Shown here one piece after another: positions 12,175 through 20,279 of a stretch of 20,279 nt of DNA. Each line of letters opens with the position of its first letter. Within the stretch, counting starts at the first letter, position 1. The DNA comes from Candidatus Eiseniibacteriota bacterium. GTDB lineage: Bacteria; Eisenbacteria; RBG-16-71-46; JABDJR01; JAWXBZ01. The stretch is taken from positions 1 to 20,279 of the forward strand of contig JAWXBZ010000100.1 of the NCBI GenBank assembly GCA_034440375.1, read 5' to 3'. A model generated the notes under the pieces. The model did no database searches, was not told the origin of the DNA, and saw only the letters and a list, made by a program, of their open reading frames with translations. The position numbers were made by a program, and so were the translations under genes.

Positions 12175-12203
12175 GTGACATCGTCGTTATATTATAATGT
12201 GAC

Positions 12204-12639
12204 TCAGTGTTCTAACAAAAAAGTGGTTACTCGTTGTGTCCGCGGTCGGCATCGCTCTGACCATCGCGCTGGCGCTGATTGGTAGGGGTGAACGGTCGCC
12301 ATGGCCTGCGGCAATCCCGCGATGATGAACTCTTCATTCAAGTTGATGTAATCACGATCCCGCGGCCCAAACATTGCGAGGATCGGACGCATGGTTGGAC
12401 GCGAGCGTCATGAGAAGGATTGCGGCATTCAGGTACTCTCGATTATCCGTGTAGATAACGAACGATGTTGCGGTCGTGAAGAGTGAAGCGGGGATGGAGC
12501 CAGTTCCTTCAGGCATGATGTGGGCGTCAAGCGCCCATGGAATGTGTCCCTCGTCGTATCGCCCCTGGCTCCGTACATCGAGAATGGCGAAGGCCAACGA
12601 AAAGACCCACCTCCGGCCAGTCTCGCGCACGCCTGGCAT
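12204..12639 (-). pseudogene. Degenerate or split rhodanese-like domain gene
   Basis: SD GGAGGG-N6-ATG at 12639. The first frame has the rhodanese signature ILDVR..RYDEGHIPWA and FVIYTD, where the catalytic Cys is absent, and stops at 12352. A second frame carries YINLNEEFIIAGLP (12309-12350), resembling the rhodanese C-terminal L.GG...W..AGLP. Confidence 0.55.
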
Positions 12640-12654
12640 CGTCAACCCTCCAAC

Positions 12655-12684
12655 TTGCTGCTAAAGCAACGCCCTATCTATAAT
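12655..12684 (+). promoter_or_regulatory. Putative sigma70 promoter for the dinG-hut transcript, with an inverted repeat over the -35
   Basis: TTGCTG (12655-12660)-N18-TATAAT (12679-12684). The palindrome TTGCT-N5-AGCAA lies at 12655-12669. Confidence 0.5.
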
Positions 12685-12739
12685 GTCTCATCCATCCGTC
12701 GAACCCAAGACGCCACCGCCCCCCGAGGAAATCCGGTTC

Positions 12740-14854
12740 ATGCCTTTCAATACCGCCGAACTCCTTTCGGTCTTCGAGCCCGGGGGGCGGCTCAGTCACG
12801 AGATCGAGCATTTCGAACCACGGCCTCAGCAACTGGAGATGGCCCGCGAGGTGGCACTCGTTCTGGAACACACGGGTCGACTGGTCGTGGAGGCGCCCAC
12901 CGGCGTCGGGAAGTCTCTGGCCTATCTCATTCCGGCCCTCGCATGGGCCCGGTCGGCCGGCCTCCCGGTCATCGTGGCCACCTACACCCGGGCGCTGCAG
13001 GATCAGTTACGGACGGCCGACGCGCCAGTGGCGCTCCGCGTGCTGAACTCGCGCGGCACAGTGGCGGTGCTCAAGGGGCGTGCCAACTATCTCTGTCGGC
13101 GCCGCCTCGGCCGGGCCATGAGCCTGGCGCCGCCGGGGCAGCAGAAACTATTTCAGCGCGTGATGGACTGGGCCGACCGAACGATCACCGGCGATTTTTC
13201 CGAATGCGATGTGCTCGATGCGGATGAACTCTCGCTCCTCGTGCCGCGGATCTCTTCCGATGCGCACGCCTGCGCCGGCAATCTCTGCTCGCCGTCCGAA
13301 GGGTGTTTCTTCAAGAGGGCCAGGGCGCTGGCTTCGCATGCCGACATCATCATCGTGAATCATGCCCTCCTGACGATCGAGTTGCTGGGAGAAAAAGGAA
13401 TGCTTCCCGATCACGGGGCGTTAATCGTGGACGAGGCTCACCATCTCGAGGATGCGGCCACACGGCAGATGACGATCATCGTCGGCGCCCGCCGAATGAA
13501 GTCGGCGGGGGAAGCGGCGCAGGCCGCCGGTGGTGATGGCGTCGTCGGCCGGATCAAGAAACTGCTGGCCACCTGGGACAAGGGTGTGGCCGATCCGATC
13601 CGGGAAAATCTGACCTTGTGGCAGAAGGCTGCCGGAACCGCCGGCGCCCGCGGTGAGGCCTGGTTTGGTCGGCTGAATTCGGGAAACGAACCGCCCGGCG
13701 CCGATTCGCGCAAGCGATACACCGACGCGTCCGAACTCGCCCGGCTCTGTCCGGCCGACGCGGCCGAGTTGCTGCTGGCGGTGAACGACACGGTGCGTCG
13801 AGGCGCGGGGGTGCTCTTCGAATTGAACGAAGCCACGACGCTGGCACCGGATCCCGACGAAGCCCGCGCCGCGTGTGCCGAGCTGGAAACCAATCTGTCC
13901 GAGTGGAAAAAAATCCAGGAGGCGCTCGACATCACGCTCCATCCCGATGGTGCCGGCAGCGACTGGATTCACTGGAAGGAGTGGGGTGATCGGGACCACT
14001 TCAGCCTGGTGGCGGCGCCATCCGATGTCGCCGGACCCCTTGGGCAGCGTCTGCGCGAGCGTCACGAACGGGTGGTGATGACGTCGGCCACCCTGACCGT
14101 TGGCGGCGCTTTCGACCACATTCTGAGACGACTTGGACTGCCGATCGATTCGGCCACGCTGGCTCTCGATTCTCCATTTGATTTCATCTCGTCGGTCCGG
14201 GTCCTCTCGGTAGCGGATGCGCCCGACCCGCGCGATCCCGACTACGCCGATCACCTGGCCCGCGGCATCGAGGAACTGGTGCTGGCGACCCGGCGCAAGT
14301 CACTGGCGCTCTTCACCTCGTACAGCATGTTGCGGGACGTGGCCGGTCGGCTCTCGGGCCCCCTCGAAGCGGCCGGCGTTCGCGTGTCCGCGCAGGGAAG
14401 GGATGGCTCGGTGGGATCCCTGTTGCGCCAGTTCCGGAAACCCGGCGCGGCGTTGCTCCTCGGCACGGCCTCTTTCTGGGAGGGTATCGATCTTCCAGGC
14501 GAGTCGCTCGAAGTGCTGGTCGTCACCAGGCTGCCATTTCCGGTGCCCTCGGACCCTTTGGTCGAAGCCCGGGGCGAGGAGTTGAAACAGTCCGGGCAGG
14601 ATCCCTTCATGAACTACTCGGTGCCGGAAGCGGTCCTCAAATTGAAACAGGGCTTTGGAAGACTGATTCGGCGACAGGGGGATCGGGGAGTCGTGGCCAT
14701 TCTGGACGGACGGTTCCTCACGGCCCGTTACGGCGGCCTGTTTCGTTCCGCCTTGCCCTGCCCGCCCGAACGCTGCACCGACCATCATCATCTGGCCGAT
14801 CGGGCCCGCGACTGGATGACCACGGCCCGGGTGGCCGAGGCGGAAGCCTCGTGA
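12740..14854 (+). CDS. dinG: DinG/YoaA family ATP-dependent Fe-S DNA helicase
   Basis: Q motif (FEPRPQQ), Walker A EAPTGVGKS, LQDQL, KGRANYLC plus C-x4-C-x5-C Fe-S ligands, VNHALL, DEAHHL, TSATL, SPF, LFTSY, FWEGID, RLPF and QGFGRLIR. The start is placed at ATG 12740 (GAGGA upstream) because ATG 12683 lies inside the TATAAT box. Confidence 0.93.
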   Translation: MPFNTAELLSVFEPGGRLSHEIEHFEPRPQQLEMAREVALVLEHTGRLVVEAPTGVGKSLAYLIPALAWARSAGLPVIVATYTRALQDQLRTADAPVALRVLNSRGTVAVLKGRANYLCRRRLGRAMSLAPPGQQKLFQRVMDWADRTITGDFSECDVLDADELSLLVPRISSDAHACAGNLCSPSEGCFFKRARALASHADIIIVNHALLTIELLGEKGMLPDHGALIVDEAHHLEDAATRQMTIIVGARRMKSAGEAAQAAGGDGVVGRIKKLLATWDKGVADPIRENLTLWQKAAGTAGARGEAWFGRLNSGNEPPGADSRKRYTDASELARLCPADAAELLLAVNDTVRRGAGVLFELNEATTLAPDPDEARAACAELETNLSEWKKIQEALDITLHPDGAGSDWIHWKEWGDRDHFSLVAAPSDVAGPLGQRLRERHERVVMTSATLTVGGAFDHILRRLGLPIDSATLALDSPFDFISSVRVLSVADAPDPRDPDYADHLARGIEELVLATRRKSLALFTSYSMLRDVAGRLSGPLEAAGVRVSAQGRDGSVGSLLRQFRKPGAALLLGTASFWEGIDLPGESLEVLVVTRLPFPVPSDPLVEARGEELKQSGQDPFMNYSVPEAVLKLKQGFGRLIRRQGDRGVVAILDGRFLTARYGGLFRSALPCPPERCTDHHHLADRARDWMTTARVAEAEAS

Positions 14855-14876
14855 ATTGCCCGGCCGGAATCGTACC

Positions 14877-16401
14877 GTGAGCGCGCCCGTTCGACTCGAC
14901 CACGCGCCGCTTTCGGCGGCCGATCTGGAAGCCGTGGCCCGTCACGCGCGTCCGGTCGAATTGTCGGACGCCGCGCGCACCGCCATGGCGCTATCCCGGA
15001 AACTCGTCGACGACACGCTCGCGGCCGGTCGTGTCAGTTACGGCATCAACACCGGATTCGGTGTGCTGTCCCATGTGGTCATTCCAACCGACGACGTGGC
15101 GCGCCTTCAACAGAACCTCATCCGGAGCCACTGCGTGGGAGTGGGCCCGCCGCTGGCGGAGGAGGTCGTGCGGGGAATGCTGCTGCTTCGCGCCGATTCC
15201 CTCGCGCGCGGCTACTCCGGCGTTCGCCCCGCGGTCGTTGAACTCCTCGTGTCGATGTTGAACCGCTTCGTCACGCCGATCGTTCCGGAACAGGGATCGG
15301 TCGGGGCCAGCGGCGACCTGGCGCCCCTGGCCCATCTGGCGTCGGTCCTTGTCGGCGAAGGGGAGGCCATGTATGACGGCCGGCGCGTGAAGGGCGGAGC
15401 GGCGCTGGCGGCCGCCGGTCTCCATCCCCTGGTCCTCGAAGCCAAGGAGGGCCTGGCACTCATCAACGGCACGCAGGCGATGACCTCGTCCGCTGCACTG
15501 GCCATCCGGGACGCGGAACGACTCCTGGAGGCCGCGCAGGTGGCCGCGGCGCTGTGTCTCGATGCCTTGAAGGGGAGTCTCATCCCGTTCGATCCCCGAT
15601 TTCACGCCGTGCGCCCGCATCCCGGTGCCGGACTTGTGGCCCGCCATCTGCGCGTGCTGCTGGCGGACAGCGCAATCGTTGCCAGTCATGTCGGCTGCGC
15701 CAAGGTACAGGATCCCTATTCGCTTCGTTGCGCGGCGGTGGTTCTCGGGGCCAGCGTTGATGCGCTCACCCACGTTCGCGAGGTGGCCGAGCGGGAGATG
15801 CGTTCGGTCACGGACAACCCGCTCTGTTTCGCCGAGGCTGATGAAATACTTTCCCGGCGGCAACTTTCACGGCCAGCCGATCGCCCTGATCCTGGATTAC
15901 CTGGCCATCGCCATGGCCGAGGTGGCCTCGATCAGCGAGCGGCGAACCTACCTCGTTCTAGACGGACGTGTCAGCGGCCTCTCGCCATTCCTCGCCCGTC
16001 AGCCGGGGCTTCAGTCGGGGCTCATGATGGCGCAGTACACGGCGGCGGCGCTGGTGTCCGAAAACAAGATCCTGGCGCACCCGGCCAGCGTCGATTCCAT
16101 ACCGACCTCGGCTGGAATGGAGGATCATGTCAGCATGGGGATGACCGGGGCGGTGAAATTGAGGAGGATCCTCGACAATGTGCGCCGCGTCCTGGCCGTG
16201 GAACTGATCACCGGGGCCGAAGGACTGGAGCGCCATCGGCCGCTGACGAGCGGGGCCGGTGCCGAGGAGGCTGTGCGCCGCGTCCGACGGCATGTCGCTC
16301 CGTTGACCGATGATCGACCGCTGTCGGGAGATATCGAGTCGATCGCCGAGGCGATCAAGGCCGGTGAGTTCGAGCTGGCGTCCATTCTGGGTGAAATCTA
16401 G
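14877..16401 (+). pseudogene. hutH: Histidine ammonia-lyase interrupted by a single extra base (authentic frameshift or sequence error)
   Basis: The first frame has YGINTGFG, LQQNLIRSH, the MIO motif SVGASGDLAPLAH, KEGLALING, QDPYSLRC and DNPL. The second frame continues GGNFHGQP, ISERR, SGLMMAQY, SENK, PASVDSIPTS and EDHVSMG. The junction is CTT TCC C GGC GGC at 15849-15861. The start is GTG 14877 or TTG 14856. Confidence 0.93.
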
Positions 16402-16466
16402 ATGATCCAGTCTGTTCCCGGTCCGACCCGGCCCGGCCGCCCGGTACGTGCAAAAGGGGAATATCG

Positions 16467-18125
16467 ATGACTCCGACATTGACGGCCCGGGAGATCCGGG
16501 CGCCGCGCGGCACCACGCTTTCCTGCCGCTCGTGGCTCACGGAAGCCGCGATGCGCATGCTCATGAACAATCTCGATCCCGAAGTGGCCGAACGACCGGA
16601 GGACCTGGTCGTCTACGGCGGCACCGGTCGTGCGGCCCGGAGCTGGGCCGACTTCGATCAAATTGTTGCCGTGCTGAAACGATTGGGCGATGACGAAACA
16701 CTGCTGGTCCAATCGGGCCGGCCGGTGGGCGTCGTTACCACTCATGCCGATGCGCCGCGCGTCCTCATCGCCAATTCAAACCTGGTCGGGCGCTGGGCCA
16801 CTTGGGAGCACTTCCGCGAACTCGAGCGGAAAGGGCTCATGATGTACGGCCAGATGACCGCCGGATCCTGGATATACATCGGCAGCCAGGGAATCGTGCA
16901 GGGAACGTTTGAAACCCTGGCGGAGGCCGCCCGGCGTCACTTTGATTCCGATCTTTCCGGTCGACTGACGGTCACCGCCGGCCTCGGCGGGATGGGGGGG
17001 GCACAGCCGCTGGCCGTCACAATGAACGGCGGCGTCTGCCTGGTGGCCGAGGTCGATCCGGTCCGAGTCCGGAAACGATTGGAGACGCGCTATCTCGATC
17101 GGGAGGCCCCGGATCTCGACCAGGCCCTGGTCCTGGCGCACGAGGCGATGGCGAGTCGCACCGCGGTCAGCATCGGTGTGGTGATGAACGCCGCGGACCT
17201 GCTCGAGGAGCTGGTTCGGAGAAATGTGACGCCGGGTCTGCTCACCGATCAGACCAGTGCTCACGATGCATTGAATGGCTACGTGCCCCGCGGGCTCACA
17301 CTGGCCGAGGCGGGCGCCCTGCGCACATCCAATCCCGACGAGTACGTGCGGCTCGCCCGTGCGACGATGGCTGACCATGTTCGCGCCATGCTCGAGCTGC
17401 AGCGGCGCGGCGCACACGCCTTCGACTACGGCAACAATCTGCGCGGCGAGGCCGAACTGGGCGGTGTGCCCGATGCCTTCGACATTCCCGGCTTCGTGCC
17501 GGAGTATATCCGGCCGCTCTTCTGCCGGGGGAAGGGGCCGTTCCGCTGGGTGGCCCTGTCGGGTGATCCGGCCGACATCGCGGCAACGGACGCGGCCCTG
17601 CTGGAGGAGTTTCCCGACGACGTTCTCCTTGCGCGGTGGCTGCCGTTGGCCGCCGAGCGAATTCAGTTCCAGGGATTGCCGGCCCGTATCTGCTGGCTGG
17701 GGTACGGCGAGCGTCATCGGGCGGGACTCCTGTTCAACGAACTCGTGCGCACCGGCCGGGTCAAGGCGCCGATCGTCATCGGCCGCGACCACCTCGATGC
17801 CGGCAGCGTGGCCAGTCCTTATCGCGAAACCGAACGGATGAAGGACGGCAGCGACGCGGTGGCCGACTGGCCAATCCTGAATGCGATGGTCAATACGGCC
17901 AGCGGCGCCACCTGGGTCTCGTTCCACCATGGTGGCGGCGTCGGCATCGGCAACTCGCTCCATGCCGGCCAGGTCATCGTAGCCGACGGAACGCCGGCCG
18001 CCGCAGCCCGTCTCACGCGCGTGCTGACGAATGACCCGGCGATGGGTGTGTTTCGTCACCGGGACGCCGGTTACGATGAAGCCATTCGGTTTGCCAGCGA
18101 ATCCGGATTGGATGTGGCGGAATGA
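16467..18125 (+). CDS. hutU: Urocanate hydratase
   Basis: [87 protein letters not shown] and HHGGGVG. Confidence 0.99.
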   Translation: MTPTLTAREIRAPRGTTLSCRSWLTEAAMRMLMNNLDPEVAERPEDLVVYGGTGRAARSWADFDQIVAVLKRLGDDETLLVQSGRPVGVVTTHADAPRVLIANSNLVGRWATWEHFRELERKGLMMYGQMTAGSWIYIGSQGIVQGTFETLAEAARRHFDSDLSGRLTVTAGLGGMGGAQPLAVTMNGGVCLVAEVDPVRVRKRLETRYLDREAPDLDQALVLAHEAMASRTAVSIGVVMNAADLLEELVRRNVTPGLLTDQTSAHDALNGYVPRGLTLAEAGALRTSNPDEYVRLARATMADHVRAMLELQRRGAHAFDYGNNLRGEAELGGVPDAFDIPGFVPEYIRPLFCRGKGPFRWVALSGDPADIAATDAALLEEFPDDVLLARWLPLAAERIQFQGLPARICWLGYGERHRAGLLFNELVRTGRVKAPIVIGRDHLDAGSVASPYRETERMKDGSDAVADWPILNAMVNTASGATWVSFHHGGGVGIGNSLHAGQVIVADGTPAAAARLTRVLTNDPAMGVFRHRDAGYDEAIRFASESGLDVAE

Positions 18126-18144
18126 CAACTTCCAGAGGGTCCAT

Positions 18145-19362
18145 ATGAACGACTCGATAATCCGAACACCCGCCCTGATCGCCCTGCGTGGGGACCGGAT
18201 CGCCGGACCTGCGGGCAGCGATGTGCGAGCCGATGGCGGCGCGGCTCCCGTATCTCCCGCTCCCGATCCACCCACCGATGTGATCCTCCGCTTTGACGAG
18301 CCGGGGCGGATGATTCTGCCCGGCTTTGTCGATCCTCACACCCACTTTTTCTTCGGTGGCGATCGCGCGCGCGAATTCGGATTGCGTCTGTCGGGGAAGT
18401 CGTATCAGGAGATTGCGGCGGCCGGGGGAGGGATCCGGAGCACGGTGAAAGCGACGAGGGCGGCGTCCGACGAGGATCTTGCGGCTTCGTTGATTCGCCA
18501 TCTCGACCGGGCACTTCTCGACGGCACGACGACAGTCGAGGTCAAGGTGAGCTACGGCCTCGATATTGATGAAGATCTGCGCGGCCTCCGCATCGTGGAT
18601 CAAGTGGCGCGCCGGCATCCGGTGCGAATTGTGCCGTCCTGGATGGGGGCGCATGAGTTTCCCGACGAATACCGAAATGATCACGAGGGGTGGGTCACCC
18701 GGCTGTGCGAGGGAGCAAGGGAGATCGCGGCCCAGGGGATTGCCCGATTCTGCGATGTCTTCTGCGAGGAAGGGCTCTTCACGCCGGACCAGAGCCGTCG
18801 AATCCTCGAGGCGGCGGCCGCGGCCGGGCTCAAACTCAAAATTCACGCCGACGAGTTCGGGGCGTCCGGCGGCTCGGAGGTGGCGATCGCGCTTCAGGTC
18901 ACTTCGGCGGATCATCTTCACTGCCTGCCGGTTGAAAATATTCCGCGTCTGCTGGCAGCCGGTGTCGTGCCGGTGGCGCTGCCCGGGACATCCTTCTTTC
19001 TCCGCCTGCCGAGCCAGGCCCCGGTTCGGCAGATGATCGACCAGGGTCTGCCGGTGGCCATCGCCACCGACGGGAATCCGGGCAGCAACATGACCGAGTC
19101 GATGCCGATGATGATGACGCTGGCGTGCCTTCAGTACGGCATCACGCCGACCGAGGCGTTCGAGGCGGCCACGATCAACGCCGCCCGGGCCATCGGCATG
19201 GAGCACGATGTCGGCCGGCTGGATGCCGGCTATTTCGCCGATTTCCAGGTTGTGGAGGTTCCGAGCCTTGACCATCTGGCGTACCACTACGGCCGTTCGC
19301 ATGTTCGAGCGGTGTACATCGGCGGAAAGAAAGTTGTCGACGATGGTCGGGTGATTCGATAG
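18145..19362 (+). CDS. hutI: Imidazolonepropionase
   Basis: PGFVDPHTH, EFGLRLSGKSYQEIAAAGGGIRSTV, GTTTVEVK.SYGL, GAH, DVFCEEG, HADE, SADHL and ATDGNPGS. The start is placed at ATG 18145 (AGAGGG upstream); ATG 18112 is an alternative. Confidence 0.96.
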   Translation: MNDSIIRTPALIALRGDRIAGPAGSDVRADGGAAPVSPAPDPPTDVILRFDEPGRMILPGFVDPHTHFFFGGDRAREFGLRLSGKSYQEIAAAGGGIRSTVKATRAASDEDLAASLIRHLDRALLDGTTTVEVKVSYGLDIDEDLRGLRIVDQVARRHPVRIVPSWMGAHEFPDEYRNDHEGWVTRLCEGAREIAAQGIARFCDVFCEEGLFTPDQSRRILEAAAAAGLKLKIHADEFGASGGSEVAIALQVTSADHLHCLPVENIPRLLAAGVVPVALPGTSFFLRLPSQAPVRQMIDQGLPVAIATDGNPGSNMTESMPMMMTLACLQYGITPTEAFEAATINAARAIGMEHDVGRLDAGYFADFQVVEVPSLDHLAYHYGRSHVRAVYIGGKKVVDDGRVIR

Positions 19363-19390
19363 CCGGGCGGGCCCGATGATCCGGCCCGAT

Positions 19391-19876
19391 CTAGCCTTCC
19401 GTCGACTGCGGGATTGCCCGGCTCATTCGATAGTGCGGACCGATTCCCGGCAGCTCAAACTCCTCCCCATGAATCTCGAACCGGTGTCGCAAATAAAATC
19501 CCGCCGCCGTGGTGCGTGCGTTGCACCAGAGACGCGTGCCGCCCTTTGTCCCGACGTGATCGAGGCAGGCGTCCAGTAATGCCCCGCCAAGTCCGGTTCC
19601 CCGCACCTCGGGTAGCGTGGCCATGCCGCGCAAACGCCAATCGGTGTCCCCGGTGCCCGGATCGACGCCCGGACTTGGACGATCACCGGACAGAGCCGGC
19701 ATCGGCTCAACATAGATGGACGAGATCCCCACCAGCCGGTCACCGACGAACGCCCCCAGGTGCCGCGTTCGCGGATCGTCATCGCCGGGATACACGAGTT
19801 CCACCGCGGCCTGCTGCGGGCGGAGAACCGCCTGGCGGAGGTAACGGGTTTCTGCGGCAACGATGGGGCGGATCAT
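19391..19876 (-). CDS. GNAT family N-acetyltransferase
   Basis: LRQAVLRP, HLGAF, acetyl-CoA motif A (LRGMATLPEVRGTGLGGALL) and WCNAR..AAGFYLRHRF. Confidence 0.92.
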   Translation of the reverse strand: MIRPIVAAETRYLRQAVLRPQQAAVELVYPGDDDPRTRHLGAFVGDRLVGISSIYVEPMPALSGDRPSPGVDPGTGDTDWRLRGMATLPEVRGTGLGGALLDACLDHVGTKGGTRLWCNARTTAAGFYLRHRFEIHGEEFELPGIGPHYRMSRAIPQSTEG

Positions 19877-19974
19877 GATGGAGCGACAGGTAACATCGGC
19901 AATTCATAGCATATGCGCACTCCATCCCGTGATATGCCAGAATCCTCGCTCCAATTCACAGGAGGCCAGACGTG

Positions 19975-20279
19975 ATGGCACGACGGAAGCAATCCACCGC
20001 GCGCGGCGCTGATTGTGCTGTGAGTTCTATTTGCAATTCAGTATCACCCGGCCTCATCTCGTTACTACTGGTTCTCTTCACACTCTCCGGATGCGACGGC
20101 GGATGCGCAAGGCGCGACCCGGGCCCCGGCGGTTTGTCGGTTGTCCTGACCATTCCCCGGGATGCGGTGGAGGAGGTCTCGTCGGTCGATGTCCTTTTCG
20201 ATCAGCCGATGGTCGCGGTGGGAGCGACGACCACCGCGGTCACCGATCCACCGTTCACCCTTCGCCCGCGTGTGGCGGG
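19975..20279 (+). CDS. N-terminus of a large lipoprotein with an Ig-like domain, probably bacterial alpha-2-macroglobulin family (3' end outside the window; not in the ORF track)
   Basis: SD AGGAGG at 19960-19965 with GTG 19972 / ATG 19975, and the frame is open to the window end: MARRKQS...GLISLLLVLFTLSGC (lipobox) DGGC...LSVVLTIPRDAVEEVSSVDVLFDQPMVAVG...PPFTLRPRVAG. The F..PMV...P.V.G pattern is one I recall from Big_5-type domains at the N-termini of alpha-2-macroglobulins. Confidence 0.65.
   Translation, partial: MARRKQSTARGADCAVSSICNSVSPGLISLLLVLFTLSGCDGGCARRDPGPGGLSVVLTIPRDAVEEVSSVDVLFDQPMVAVGATTTAVTDPPFTLRPRVA

Noticed and set aside
12197..12202. TGA after ATG as a selenocysteine codon
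   Set aside because: There is no redox-motif context, no selenoprotein similarity and no convincing SECIS hairpin. TGA is used as a normal stop throughout the window.
12520..13227. 235-aa + strand ORF overlapping the dinG start
   Set aside because: It is an Arg/Gly/Pro-rich alternative frame of dinG with no domain features.
14781..14792. His run (DHHHL) near the dinG C-terminus as a histidine-sensing attenuator upstream of hutH
   Set aside because: It is only three His codons within a long CDS, with no leader peptide or alternative terminator structure visible.
16416..16445. CCGG-rich short repeats between hutH and hutU
   Set aside because: They are irregular and low-complexity, with no constant repeat/spacer structure; not a CRISPR or REP array.
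16776..19302. Long antisense ORFs (499 aa and 429 aa) opposite hutU/hutI, and similar shadow ORFs opposite ligA, the M16 genes, dinG and hutH
   Set aside because: They are expected by-products of high GC and codon bias. They have no recognisable motifs and fully overlap well-supported genes.
19363..19390. GC hairpin between hutI and the GNAT gene as a terminator
   Set aside because: The stem is bulged and there is no U-tract on either strand, so it is too weak to call.
19905..19920. Overlapping palindromes GCATATGC and TGCGCA in the divergent GNAT/lipoprotein intergenic region
   Set aside because: They are too short to distinguish from chance and have no second copy or known motif match.

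Overview
GC-rich chromosomal window from a diderm bacterium; the gene content suggests an FCB-superphylum-related lineage (inference). It is almost fully coding, and I see no mobile element, CRISPR array, tRNA or rRNA. Left to right: (1) a 5'-truncated, >1000-aa uncharacterised outer-membrane beta-barrel gene directly followed by a 3-POTRA Omp85/TamA-like gene; (2) a convergent DedA-family gene; (3) a tightly coupled run of two secreted M16 peptidase subunits (the active one carries an extra LolA-like C-terminal domain), an SDR and ligA; (4) a lower-GC patch of about 500 bp with a degenerate rhodanese-like ORF; (5) dinG-family helicase, hutH (one-base frameshift), hutU and hutI; (6) a convergent GNAT acetyltransferase; (7) the start of a lipoprotein resembling bacterial alpha-2-macroglobulin. 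The most notable observations are the uncharacterised barrel + Omp85 pair (with a possible ATT start), the M16-LolA-like fusion, and three consecutive gene junctions (dinG-hutH, hutH-hutU, hutU-hutI) each bridged stop-to-start by a mini-ORF. All family calls come from motif recognition, not database searches.
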